DNA of 32,606 bases from an uncultured Methanotrichaceae archaeon (GCA_964416865.1 CAYQFP010000002.1:2010-34615); one strand, 5' to 3'; counted from the first letter of the stretch, positions 16,079-25,395 are shown. A program made the numbers and translations. The notes: a model not told the origin generated them from the sequence alone.

Positions 16079-18805
16079 ATGACCAAGAAAACGGTGAAGG
16101 AAAAGACGATTGATAAGAAGACGAAGAAGATAAAGATGAAAGATAAGAAGGCGAAGAAGGTCACAGCCGAAGGAGCTACCAGACGCATCTCCGATCTGTA
16201 CATCTACGCAGGTCTCGTCCTCCTATTCTTGTTCTCGTTCTACCTAAGGGCTATCAAGCCCATGACGCGCGTCTTTGTTGGAGATACCGTTCTCTTTAGC
16301 GGCAACGATCCCTGGTACCATATGCTCCTAGCCAAGAGCACGGTCCTCAACCTCCAGCGACCCTGGTTCGATCCGATGATCATCTTCCCACAGGGAACGG
16401 CCATCCACTATGGTCCCTTCAACAGCTGGGGGATCGCGATTGCCTCGTACATAGCGGGGCTGGGCAGCCCCGGCGTCCATACCGTCGAAGTGGTGGGCGC
16501 CATATTCCCCGCTGTCATCGGAGCCCTCGTCGTATTCCCGGTCTATTTCATAGGAAGAGAGATCTGCGGTCGGTCGGGTGGCCTCCTCGCCGCAGCCATG
16601 ATCACCATCTTGCCCGGTCCATTCTTCTTCCGAACGATGATAGGGTTCACAGATCACCACGCTGCCGAGGTCTTGCTCAGCACCACCATGATACTATTCT
16701 TCATGCTGGCGACCAGGACCGGCCGGGATAAGCTGACCTTCACCGCCCTTCGCCAGGGAGACTGGACCCGCTTAAAGATGCCCTTGATCTACTCTGCGTT
16801 GGCAGGCCTCTTCCTGGGGCTATACCTCGATGCCTGGGGCCCCGGTCATCTATTCATAGGGATCGTGCTGGCCTTCGCCACGATCCAGAGCGTCGTCGAC
16901 CACCTAAGAGGAAGGAGCGTCGAATACCTGGGCATATCGGGTTTCATCGCCTTCTTCATCGCCATGCTGATGGTGCTGCCCTTCGTCAGGACGTACCATG
17001 GTTTCAGCACCTCGCAATATTCGCTCTTCCAACCCACCATGCTGATCTTGGGGATACTCTCGTTCCTCGCCCTATCTCTGACCTCGACCTATCTCGCCCG
17101 GAAAGGGATGGAACGATATTACTTCCCGGCCCTCATCGTCGGTTTCATAGTCGTGGCATTCTTGGTTATCTACGTCGCCGTGCCCCAGTTCATGGGTCCT
17201 CTCCTGCACGGCCTGAACATATTCCAGCCCAAGACCGGCGGTGCAGCTACCGTCGCCGAGATATCGCCGATAAGGGATAGGGCCATGGGGGTCATGAGCA
17301 GCTTCCCAGGCATCCTACCCACCGCATCCGGGTTCCCCTTCTCGCCCTTCTGGATGTTTCTCCTGGCCATTCCTCTCATCCTCTACCGCTACTATAAAGG
17401 AGACAGCCGGGCCGCAGATATGCTGCTGCTGGTCTGGTCGGTGACCATACTCGCCCTTACCGACGCCCAGATCAGGTTTGCTTATTACTACGCGGTCAAC
17501 GCCGCCCTCCTCTCCGGATACCTGGGGTCGAGGCTCCTGGAGCTGACGAAGTTCTACGAGTTCGAGGACAGCCTGATCCGCATGGCCGGCGGTTCCCCCA
17601 AAGAAGACCTGGATATCACCAAGACCCTCACCAACGTCCTGGCGGTCGTTGCCCTGGTCATGCTCTTCATATATCCGGGGTTGTTCGGACCCCTGGGCAG
17701 CGCAGCTATGGGTGGCACATTCCACTCGGAGCGCTACATCGATCCCATCCCATCCGATTGGTACGATTCCATGGTCTGGCTCCATAACAACACTCCCGAT
17801 CCGGGGATGGACATCTATACCATCTACGAGCATCCGCCCGACGGCGAGAGGTTTGCCTACCCGGACGATGCCTACGGGGTGATGTCCTGGTGGGATTACG
17901 GCTTCTGGATCGAGACCATAGGTCACCGGCCCGCCAACGCCAACCCCTTCCAACAGGGTATAGGAAACAAGACCACCGGTGTCCCAGGATCCTCGCCATT
18001 CTTCTTGGCACAAAACGAGGTGGAGGCCGAAGAGGTTCTGGCAAAGCTGGACGATAACCGGTCCCTCTACTCCAATACAAGGTACATCGTTACGGACCTG
18101 CCCATGGCGGTAAACAAGTTCCACGCCATCGCCGCATGGAGTGGCGAACCTCTCAACAGATACTACGGCGGCATCCCTCAGGGCAATACGTATGTACAGG
18201 TCTACATGCCGACCTACTCCGAGACGATGGTGGCGAGGCTCCACTTCTTCGACGGTAGCGAAACGCCGGTCAGCGAGGCCTGGGCAATATCCATCAGGCC
18301 CGATGGTAGGGTCGAACCGAAGAAGTTCTCCACGAACTATGCGGAGCTTCTGGAGAGCGTCAACGAGAGCCTCCGGGAGGGATATGCTGCAGAGATCGTC
18401 ACCACGAGTCCCGCCTCGACCGCCGTTCCGCTGGAGGCTCTGAAACACTACCGGCTGGTCCATGAGTCTCAGACCGTCGTTACATCGAGCGGTCAGAAAT
18501 GGGTCAAGATCTTCGAGCACGTGCCCGGGGCCAGGATAACGGGCGCCGCGCCCAATAGAACCGAGGTCATCATATCGGTTCCTGTGACTACCAACGAGGG
18601 TAGAACATTCATCTACAAGCAGACCGCGATCTCCGACGGCAACTTCAACCTGGTGGTCCCCTACGCCACAGAAGGTCCCGAAGAGGGCAAGACGAGCTTC
18701 GATACCAAACCCTCGGGTCCCTACCGTATGGTGGTGGGCAACCTCCAGTATGAGGTCAGGGTGCCGGAAGGGATGGTGATGACTGGAGGAACGATGCAGA
18801 TATGA
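16079..18805 (+). CDS. aglB: Archaeal oligosaccharyltransferase AglB (STT3 family)
   Basis: About 908 aa. It has a multi-TM N-terminal half and the catalytic WWDYGFWI motif (MSWWDYGFWIETIGHRPANANPF), followed by a soluble C-terminal domain. An unusual Lys-rich N-terminal tail is present. Confidence 0.9.
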   Translation: MTKKTVKEKTIDKKTKKIKMKDKKAKKVTAEGATRRISDLYIYAGLVLLFLFSFYLRAIKPMTRVFVGDTVLFSGNDPWYHMLLAKSTVLNLQRPWFDPMIIFPQGTAIHYGPFNSWGIAIASYIAGLGSPGVHTVEVVGAIFPAVIGALVVFPVYFIGREICGRSGGLLAAAMITILPGPFFFRTMIGFTDHHAAEVLLSTTMILFFMLATRTGRDKLTFTALRQGDWTRLKMPLIYSALAGLFLGLYLDAWGPGHLFIGIVLAFATIQSVVDHLRGRSVEYLGISGFIAFFIAMLMVLPFVRTYHGFSTSQYSLFQPTMLILGILSFLALSLTSTYLARKGMERYYFPALIVGFIVVAFLVIYVAVPQFMGPLLHGLNIFQPKTGGAATVAEISPIRDRAMGVMSSFPGILPTASGFPFSPFWMFLLAIPLILYRYYKGDSRAADMLLLVWSVTILALTDAQIRFAYYYAVNAALLSGYLGSRLLELTKFYEFEDSLIRMAGGSPKEDLDITKTLTNVLAVVALVMLFIYPGLFGPLGSAAMGGTFHSERYIDPIPSDWYDSMVWLHNNTPDPGMDIYTIYEHPPDGERFAYPDDAYGVMSWWDYGFWIETIGHRPANANPFQQGIGNKTTGVPGSSPFFLAQNEVEAEEVLAKLDDNRSLYSNTRYIVTDLPMAVNKFHAIAAWSGEPLNRYYGGIPQGNTYVQVYMPTYSETMVARLHFFDGSETPVSEAWAISIRPDGRVEPKKFSTNYAELLESVNESLREGYAAEIVTTSPASTAVPLEALKHYRLVHESQTVVTSSGQKWVKIFEHVPGARITGAAPNRTEVIISVPVTTNEGRTFIYKQTAISDGNFNLVVPYATEGPEEGKTSFDTKPSGPYRMVVGNLQYEVRVPEGMVMTGGTMQI

Positions 18806-19515
18806 TGCTCCTGGAGGAGATGAGCTGGAAAGAGATCGAAGAAGGCCTCCAAGAGATGCAGACGGTGATTTTGCCTGTGGGGGCTACCGAGGAGCACGGC
18901 CCACACCTCCCGGTATTCACCGATACCCTGCAGGCTCTGGAGGTGGCCAAGGAGGTAGCCAGGAGGAGGGCAATCTTTGTGGCTCCGCCGGTCCATTACG
19001 GGGTATGTCGGTCGACCCGGGGCTTCCCGGGGACCATATCCATAGGTCCTGAGACGCTCAGAAGGCTGACCTACGACCTCCTGATCGCTTTCCACGAATC
19101 CGGTTTCAGAAACGTTCTCATCCTGACGGGTCATGCCGGAGGCCTCCACCGGGCCGCGTTGAGGGAGGCCGCCGAAACGGCAGCCGTAGACCGACCGATC
19201 AGGATCAGCCTGGTCACCGACTTACATCTGATCGAGAAGGAGGCGGTAGAGACCCCTGGCGACGGCCATTCTGGGGAGATCGAGACATCCAGGATGCTCT
19301 TTCTGAGAGAAGATCTGGTAAAAGGACTGCCCGGCCGGCATTTCCCGAAAATGCCCAAACACCTGATCTTGAAAGATATGCGGCCCTTGATGGGCAACGG
19401 GATCGTGGGAGACCCATCGAAGGCCTCCCGGCAGAAGGGCCAGAGGTTCATGGAGATGGCGGTCCAAGGCGTCCTGGAGGCGTTGGATGAACTGGAGAGC
19501 TATACCCCGCCCTGA
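18802..19515 (+). CDS. Creatininase-family amidohydrolase (ArfB-like)
   Basis: 237 aa. Family motifs GATEEHGPHLP, LTGHAGG and GHSGEIETS. Its ATG overlaps the aglB stop (ATGA at 18802-18805). Confidence 0.85.
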   Translation: MMLLEEMSWKEIEEGLQEMQTVILPVGATEEHGPHLPVFTDTLQALEVAKEVARRRAIFVAPPVHYGVCRSTRGFPGTISIGPETLRRLTYDLLIAFHESGFRNVLILTGHAGGLHRAALREAAETAAVDRPIRISLVTDLHLIEKEAVETPGDGHSGEIETSRMLFLREDLVKGLPGRHFPKMPKHLILKDMRPLMGNGIVGDPSKASRQKGQRFMEMAVQGVLEALDELESYTPP

Positions 19516-19534
19516 GTGCTTATAGTCATGAACC

Positions 19535-19577
19535 TTAGACTTGATACTTAATGGAACATCTCAAAGAAGTCATCTGC
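19535..19577. repeat. 43-bp direct repeat, copy 1
   Basis: ttagacttgatacttaatggaacatctcaaagaagtcatctgc. It is 41/43 identical to 19868-19910. Confidence 0.9.
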
Positions 19578-19685
19578 ATGTTCCGCCAAGAAAAAGAGCA
19601 AGATCGTGGTCGAGCGCGGCCAGATCGTCAAAATCTGAGGGTAAAACCGCGAATGAACGCGAATGAACGCGAATTAAAAGAAAAT
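19557..19685. repeat. Intergenic repeat family, copy A (129 bp; its partner is at 31401-31485)
   Basis: catctcaaag [35 bp found only in A] gatcgtggtcgagc g cggccagatcgtcaaaatc t gagggtaaaaccgcgaatgaacgc [gaatgaacgc only in A] gaattaaaagaaaat. I aligned it by hand to copy B. Outside the three indels (35 bp, 10 bp and 1 bp) only 3 positions differ. Confidence 0.85.
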
Positions 19686-19740
19686 ATTAGCGTTCATTCG
19701 CGGTTGAAATAAGGAGATTGTATGTGTTTAGCTCCCTCAG
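19635..19740. other. Nested inverted repeat / long hairpin: a 16-bp perfect stem inside a 7-bp outer stem
   Basis: aaccgcgaatgaacgc (19645-19660) pairs with gcgttcattcgcggtt (19690-19705). ctgaggg (19635-19641) pairs with ccctcag (19734-19740). A 10-bp tandem duplication gaatgaacgc lies at 19651-19670. Confidence 0.8.
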
Positions 19741-19867
19741 AATCAATCGCTTGATAATGGTTTTAATCAATAGAGTGCATGACGACTAAGAACTTAAACC
19801 TTATTATATTTACAAAATATATAAAATATCAGTAGCCTCTATTGGGGTCCCATGTAACATTGTCAAG

Positions 19868-19910
19868 TTAGACTTGATACTTAGTGGAACATATCAAAGA
19901 AGTCATCTGC
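19868..19910. repeat. 43-bp direct repeat, copy 2
   Basis: ttagacttgatacttagtggaacatatcaaagaagtcatctgc, 333 bp downstream of copy 1. Confidence 0.9.
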
Positions 19911-20134
19911 TACAAGATTCCTCCATGTCAAGGACCAGACATCATCCAACGGTCACGAGGTACAGTGAGTATATGTCCACCCGTTGGGTAGATATAGCTC
20001 GCAGAAGACCAATTCCTTATCTCGCTTCAGGACCAAACGTAACCGTCAAAGGGAAGAAATATGATGAAAGGTCGGGCGGCGGTATACCAGCGGGTTGCAC
20101 CAAACCCCATCATCCTCATACAAAATTCAACAGT

Positions 20135-21397
20135 CTACCTGCGGACGGTCTGCTCCCTTCCCGGTCCCACAGAGACTATCGTGATCTTCACCTTTTGCAG
20201 CTCCTCCAGACGATCCACATAACTTTTCACCGCCTGTGGCAGCTCTTGGTACGACCTGGCATCGGTTATCTCTTCGGTCCATCCTTCCACATCTTCGTAG
20301 ACGGGCGTGCACCGCGCGAATAGGTCGGTACTCTCCGGCGGGTAATCAAGGACCTGGCCGTCTAGCTCGTAGCCCACACATATCCTGACAGGGTCCAGCC
20401 CGGTGAGGACGTCCAGCTTGGTCAGCGCCACCTCGGTATAGCCGTTGAGGTAGACCGATTTCCGGGCCAGGACGGCGTCGAACCAGCCGCACCGCCTGGG
20501 CCTGCCGGTGGTGGTCCCGAACTCGCGTCCCTTCTCTCTCAGGCGCTCGCCCACCTCGTCCTTCAACTCCGTGGGCATGGGCCCCTCGCCGACCCGGGTG
20601 ATGTAGGCCTTGACTATCCCGACAACGTCGTCCACCCTGGTGGGGCCCACGCCCAGGTTCGCGCAGGCGCTTCCTGCGATGGTGAAGCTGGAGGTGACAA
20701 ACTTCTGGGTGCCGTGAATCACGTCCAGAAACGCGCCCTGAGCGCCCTCTGCCAGAACCTTATTTCCCTGGTCCAGGGCGAGGTTGATCTCGTAGGAGAC
20801 GTCTGCTACCCTGCCACTCATCTTCTTGCCAATCTTCAGGTATTCTCCGATCAACTCCGGATCTCTGACTACCGAGGGATCTCCGCCCATATCCTCGATC
20901 GCCTTCTCCCTGGCAGGCCCGATCTCCTCCAACTTTGCCTCCAGGCGGTCAGGATCGACCAGGTCTTGCATCTGCACCTCGTCCCTGGAAATCTTGTCGA
21001 TGTAGGCGTAACCTATGCCCCTCTTGGTGGTCCCGATCTTTTCCTTTCTGGCCTTCTCCCTCAGATCGTCCAGCTCGATGTGGTAGGGCATGATTATGCT
21101 GGTCTTTGCATCCACTCCTATATTGAGGGTCCTGCCCTCCGACTCCAGGGCCTCGATCTCGCTCCACAGAACCTTGGGGTTGAGGACCACACCCGGCCCG
21201 ATGAGCAGCCTTGCCCCGAAAAGAACCCCGCTGGGTGTGAGGTGGAGCTTGTAGGTCCTATCACCGACTATGACCGTATGTCCTGCGTTGTCTCCTCCTT
21301 GGAACCGGACCACTATATCGTAACCCTCTGCCAGGAGGTCCACTATCTTGCCCTTGCCTTCGTCCCCGAACTGTGAGCCTGTGAGTATGGTGAACAT
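20135..21397 (-). CDS. purA: Adenylosuccinate synthetase
   Basis: 420 aa. GSQFGDEGKGKIVD P-loop, GGDNAGHTV, TTKRGIGYAY and GTTTGRPRRCGWFD motifs. Confidence 0.95.
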   Translation of the reverse strand: MFTILTGSQFGDEGKGKIVDLLAEGYDIVVRFQGGDNAGHTVIVGDRTYKLHLTPSGVLFGARLLIGPGVVLNPKVLWSEIEALESEGRTLNIGVDAKTSIIMPYHIELDDLREKARKEKIGTTKRGIGYAYIDKISRDEVQMQDLVDPDRLEAKLEEIGPAREKAIEDMGGDPSVVRDPELIGEYLKIGKKMSGRVADVSYEINLALDQGNKVLAEGAQGAFLDVIHGTQKFVTSSFTIAGSACANLGVGPTRVDDVVGIVKAYITRVGEGPMPTELKDEVGERLREKGREFGTTTGRPRRCGWFDAVLARKSVYLNGYTEVALTKLDVLTGLDPVRICVGYELDGQVLDYPPESTDLFARCTPVYEDVEGWTEEITDARSYQELPQAVKSYVDRLEELQKVKITIVSVGPGREQTVRR

Positions 21398-21472
21398 GCT
21401 TTGCCAGTATGTAGCTGGGTAGATAATCGTTCCCCCACCCGGTTCGCTGGCCTGGTGCCACCATTGGCACGC

Positions 21473-22357
21473 CTAACATATCCGGTCAATGGCCTGGCTC
21501 GCGATCATCTCTCCGGCATCGATTTTTATCGCCTGGAATATCCCTCTGCCAGAAGGAGTACCGTTCACCTCCAGCACCTTGAGACCATCGGAGGTTTCCA
21601 TCAGGTCCACGCCACTGTATACCGTCCCCACCGCCCGGTTTGCTCTGATGGCCAGGTCTCTCATTTCCTCGGTCAGGGGACAGGGCAAAGGGGCACCGCC
21701 CTGGCTTAGGTTGCTGATCCAACTACCTGGCGGAGCTACCCGGTATATGGCTCCTGCGACCTCGTTTCCTACCACGAAGACCCTGATATCTCTCGGGGTT
21801 GCAGGCGACTCTAAAAATTCCTGGAGGTAGATCATCCCATGCTTGTTCAAGATATATTCCATATCCTGGTGGTTGTCGGGGGTCAGAAGATGCAGGTCCC
21901 TGCCCTTGTAGCCGAAGAGAGGCTTGGAGACCGCCTTTTTGTACTTATTCAAGGCCTCTTTTGCCTCATCCAGGCTGGTGGTCACCGTGGTCCTGGGGTG
22001 AGGTATGCCGGCGTCCCAAAGAACGATGGTGGTGGCGAACTTGTTTGCCGCCTTCTGTATGGCAACAGGAGGGTTGATTATCTCCAGGCCCTGCTGCTGG
22101 AGGGTGCAGAGAACCTCGAACCGGAAGGCGACGTCATGAGATCCGCTCCTGCCCAGGTCTCTCACCACCAGCCCGTCCAACCGGGCGAGATCGATCTTTT
22201 TGCACCTCAACCGGATATCATGCCCGATACAGGCTGCTAGTTGAGAAAAGTTGAGATATACCGTCTCGGCTCCGAGCTTCTCAAAACCCGTTTTGATGGC
22301 CCCGGCGGTCCAGTCACGGGGGTCGGTAACCACTAGTCCGAAGCGCATAGGGTTCAC
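21473..22357 (-). CDS. RimK-family ATP-grasp alpha-L-glutamate ligase (MptN/CofF-like)
   Basis: 294 aa. ATP-grasp pattern (KPLFGYKGRDLHLL, IYLQEFL, RVFVVG, GVDLMETSDGLKVLEVNGTP). Its start overlaps the LarA-like stop by 4 nt. Confidence 0.85.
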   Translation of the reverse strand: MNPMRFGLVVTDPRDWTAGAIKTGFEKLGAETVYLNFSQLAACIGHDIRLRCKKIDLARLDGLVVRDLGRSGSHDVAFRFEVLCTLQQQGLEIINPPVAIQKAANKFATTIVLWDAGIPHPRTTVTTSLDEAKEALNKYKKAVSKPLFGYKGRDLHLLTPDNHQDMEYILNKHGMIYLQEFLESPATPRDIRVFVVGNEVAGAIYRVAPPGSWISNLSQGGAPLPCPLTEEMRDLAIRANRAVGTVYSGVDLMETSDGLKVLEVNGTPSGRGIFQAIKIDAGEMIASQAIDRIC

Positions 22358-23553
22358 ACCCTCGCAGCCAGGGTCAGCGCGCCGTAGGGCATCACGAGGG
22401 TCCTTGCGTCTTTGCCTTGGTGCTCCCGGGCCATGGCCATCGCCTCGTCGAGCGTCGAGGCGGGCCTGAAAAAGCAGATCTCTACGTCCTTTTTGGGCAT
22501 CGCCGAGACCAGGATCAGGTCGTGATCCAGCGCTTCTTTGGCGATCAGCGCCGCCTTATGCCCGCCGAATTCGTACTCCCTCCCAAACCGCTCAACGCAG
22601 TCCTCCGGAGAGGATGCTTCTCGCGCCCACCGTTCGAAGACCGGATGGCCCAGACCCTCGGCACACTCGGCCAGAAGGATGAGCGTACCGCCGGGGAGGA
22701 CGGCATCCTTGGCGTTATCCAGTGCCTTTTGAGCCTGGAATAGGTTGATGTCTTTGGGACGACCGCCTGCGCAGGTTATAACGATCTCTGCAGGTGACAC
22801 ATCCCTTCTGTACATCCTATTCACGATCTTGGCGCCTGTCCGGTGGGCCTTGATGTAGTCTCCGGCCACGGCCTTGACTATCTCCTTCTTGCTGTTCAGG
22901 ACAACGTTCAATATAAAGTCGAGACCTGCGATGGCCGCGGCATCTTCCATGTCCAGCCTCACCGGGCTGTCCAGCCGACCGGACCTGGCCAGGGGATCCA
23001 CCATCATGGCATGGTTCTTGTTCACCGACGCCACCGAGCTGACCCCAGGCAAGATGGCCTTGGCACCCCCGCTGTAACCAGCATAGTAGTGGAACTCGAT
23101 GTTCCCGGTGGCGATCTTCAGGTCTGACGCCGCCACGTCTTCCAAGATCTCTACCGGGGTACCCCGGCAGGTCTCCCCCAGGAGAGAGCACCGATCTTTG
23201 TCGTGCTGCATGTGAGGCATGGAGATGCATCTCCCTATCAGCTTCTCCTCTTCACCGGGCGTCATGCGCCGGTGGGTTCCCAGAGCGAAGATTATCTTGA
23301 CTTCCTCGACACCCAGGGACTGCAACCTTTCGATCAGGGGTGGTAGCATCTTGTAGGAAGGCGCCGGCCGGGTGATATCGCTCACCATGATCGATGCGCT
23401 CTTCGATCCTTGGAACGTCGATAGAATATCTCCTGCCGGATTGTCCAGTGCTCTCTCTATCTCTTTTCCTTCGTCTTCGACCCCGGGAATTTCTCCGGGC
23501 AGCACCACATCGTAATCGCCTTCCAACTCGACGCTTCCTCTGCCATAACTCAA
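22354..23553 (-). CDS. LarA-like protein (DUF2088 / nickel-dependent lactate racemase superfamily)
   Basis: 399 aa. It aligns with my memory of L. plantarum LarA: LDNPAGD, VSDITRP, FALGTHRRMT, GNIEFHYYAGYSGGAKAILPG, VNKNHA, SPVRLDM, FILNVVL. Confidence 0.85.
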   Translation of the reverse strand: MSYGRGSVELEGDYDVVLPGEIPGVEDEGKEIERALDNPAGDILSTFQGSKSASIMVSDITRPAPSYKMLPPLIERLQSLGVEEVKIIFALGTHRRMTPGEEEKLIGRCISMPHMQHDKDRCSLLGETCRGTPVEILEDVAASDLKIATGNIEFHYYAGYSGGAKAILPGVSSVASVNKNHAMMVDPLARSGRLDSPVRLDMEDAAAIAGLDFILNVVLNSKKEIVKAVAGDYIKAHRTGAKIVNRMYRRDVSPAEIVITCAGGRPKDINLFQAQKALDNAKDAVLPGGTLILLAECAEGLGHPVFERWAREASSPEDCVERFGREYEFGGHKAALIAKEALDHDLILVSAMPKKDVEICFFRPASTLDEAMAMAREHQGKDARTLVMPYGALTLAARV

Positions 23554-23555
23554 TC

Positions 23556-24419
23556 TCAGTTAAACCCCCTCCAAACATCGGCCCGGGAGTTGACCTCGGA
23601 GAAGGCGTCGAATATGGGAACGTCGGTGGTGAAGGAGAAGAAATCGGCACCCACATCGTCGCAGGCCTCGACGATCCTGTTCCGGTGATCTTCCATCTTC
23701 TCCTGGTACTCTTCTATAAGCCGAGGGCTGACCCTGGTCGCCATAACCTCTTCCGACTCCAGATCCACGAACCTCACGTCACCCTCGAAGCTCAGATCGG
23801 CCTCTGCCTTATCCAGCACCTGTATCAGTATAAGATCGTTCTTGGATAGCCGGTAGATGCTGTTGACCAGGCGCTCAGGCTCGTCCAGGAAGTCGGATAT
23901 CATAATCACCTGGCTGGTAGTCTTGATCATCTTATCGAACTGCTCAGCCGACCTATTGATATTCGTCTTCCCTTTGGGCATGGTCCTGTCCAGGTATTCG
24001 ATCGCCTGGAGAAGGCTGCCTCTTCCCTGCCTTGGCTCCTCGGGCGTCAGCCTTTCCGCAAACCGTGAGATGGTGAACTTCTCGTTCTCCCTGGTAGCCA
24101 TATATGAGAAGCCCGCCGCCAGCATGGAGGCGTACTCGAACTTCTTTCCGTAGTTCATGCTGGCGCTTGCATCCAGGAGCACGTGCAAGACGAGGCTCCT
24201 TTCTTCTTCATGTTCTTTGACGTACAGCTTCTCGCTCCGGCCGTAGACCTTCCAGTCGACCAGCTTGAAGTCGTCACCCTTCCGGTATTCTCTATATCCC
24301 AGGGGGCTAATGCCCCGACCGGCCTTGATTGACCGCCGGGCCCCGGTGTAGACAGTCGAAACTCTCTTCTTCATCAGGAGGGTGAACCGATCCAGTTCTG
24401 CTAAGAACGCGGTATCCAT
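23556..24419 (-). CDS. DUF58 protein (vWA-like partner of MoxR ATPases)
   Basis: 287 aa. YREYRKGDDFKLVDWKVYGRSEKLYVKEHEEERSLVLHVLLDASASM is the hallmark DUF58 N-terminal block with a MIDAS-like DxSxS. Confidence 0.85.
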   Translation of the reverse strand: MDTAFLAELDRFTLLMKKRVSTVYTGARRSIKAGRGISPLGYREYRKGDDFKLVDWKVYGRSEKLYVKEHEEERSLVLHVLLDASASMNYGKKFEYASMLAAGFSYMATRENEKFTISRFAERLTPEEPRQGRGSLLQAIEYLDRTMPKGKTNINRSAEQFDKMIKTTSQVIMISDFLDEPERLVNSIYRLSKNDLILIQVLDKAEADLSFEGDVRFVDLESEEVMATRVSPRLIEEYQEKMEDHRNRIVEACDDVGADFFSFTTDVPIFDAFSEVNSRADVWRGFN

Positions 24420-24426
24420 CTCGTCC

Positions 24427-25395
24427 TCAGATATTATGCGCCTTGAGTATCTCCGAGATCACCTGGTCTGAGGTGATCCCCTTTCTCTCCGACTCGAAAC
24501 TCAAGATTATCCTGTGCCTGAGCATGGGATAAGACATGACCTTCAGGTCCTCCTGGCTCACATAATCGCGGCCTTGGAGGAAAGCCCGTGCCTTGGAAGC
24601 CAGCACCAGGCCGATGGACGCCCTGGGGCTGGCACCGTACTCTACCCCTTCCCAGGACCGGGTAGAGATCACTATATTTATCACCGTCTTTTTCAGGTCG
24701 TCTGAGAGTGGTATGTCCCTGGTGAGCTGTTGGAGGGCGAGCAGCTCACTCTTGGCCACCACTCGGTTCACTTGGGGATCTATGTGACCGGTATACCTCT
24801 CCATGATCTCAAACTCATCTTCGGAAGACGGATAATCTATGTACACCTTGAGGAGGAAACGATCGAGCTGGGCCTCGGGCAAGGGATATGTACCCTCCAT
24901 CTCGATGGGGTTCTGGGTGGCCAGCACGAAGAAAGGCTCCTCTAGCTTGTAGGTGTTGTTGCCTACGGTGACCTGCTTTTCCTGCATCGCCTCCAGCAGG
25001 GCGCTCTGGGTCCGTGGCGAGGTCCTGTTTATCTCATCCGCCAGGACGATATTGGCAAAGACCGGACCCGGCTCGAACCTGAACCGCTTGGTTCCGCCAA
25101 CATCATCGATGATCGTGGTGCCGGTGATGTCCGCGGGCATCAGGTCCGGGGTACATTGGATCCTGCTGAAACCCAGGCCAGTGGTCTTGGCGGCCGTCTT
25201 GATGAGAATAGTCTTTCCCAGCCCGGGGTTGCTCTCCAGAAGGATATGACCTCCGGAGAGCATGCCCACAAGGAGCTGCTCTATCGCTGCTTCCTGTCCC
25301 ACCATCACCTTGCCGATCTCTTCTTTGATCGTCCGGAAGATGCCTGGTGCGTCTTTGTATATGTTGGTTAGATCGTCTCTCATTTGCAGCTCCAT
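24427..25395 (-). CDS. MoxR-family AAA+ ATPase
   Basis: 322 aa. VMVGQEAAIEQLLVGMLSGGHILLESNPGLGKT (Walker A), VLADEINR (Walker B) and ATQNPIEMEGTYPLPEAQLDRF (MoxR signature). Confidence 0.9.
   Translation of the reverse strand: MELQMRDDLTNIYKDAPGIFRTIKEEIGKVMVGQEAAIEQLLVGMLSGGHILLESNPGLGKTILIKTAAKTTGLGFSRIQCTPDLMPADITGTTIIDDVGGTKRFRFEPGPVFANIVLADEINRTSPRTQSALLEAMQEKQVTVGNNTYKLEEPFFVLATQNPIEMEGTYPLPEAQLDRFLLKVYIDYPSSEDEFEIMERYTGHIDPQVNRVVAKSELLALQQLTRDIPLSDDLKKTVINIVISTRSWEGVEYGASPRASIGLVLASKARAFLQGRDYVSQEDLKVMSYPMLRHRIILSFESERKGITSDQVISEILKAHNI

Noticed and set aside
17315-18520. 401-aa minus-strand ORF inside aglB
   Set aside because: It is an antisense shadow in GC-rich coding DNA. The translation is Arg/Gly/Pro/Val-rich with no motifs, while the plus frame carries WWDYGFWI and a full STT3 architecture.
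19651-19680. Tandem gaatgaacgc units as a possible mini-CRISPR or satellite
   Set aside because: There are only about 2.4 units of 10 bp with no spacers and no cas genes. It is better explained as a local duplication of the hairpin arm.
19578-19712. 44-aa plus-strand ORF (MFRQEKEQDRGRARPDRQNLRVKPRMNANERELKENISVHSRLK) spanning repeat copy A
   Set aside because: It is very basic and low-complexity, it runs through the hairpin, and the second repeat copy at 31.4 kb does not preserve the ORF (indel frameshift, no start).
21455-21470. gtgcca-ccat-tggcac hairpin between the RimK-like stop and the purA start, as a terminator
   Set aside because: The stem is only 6 bp and no T-tract follows on the transcribed (minus) strand. 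That is insufficient to call a feature.
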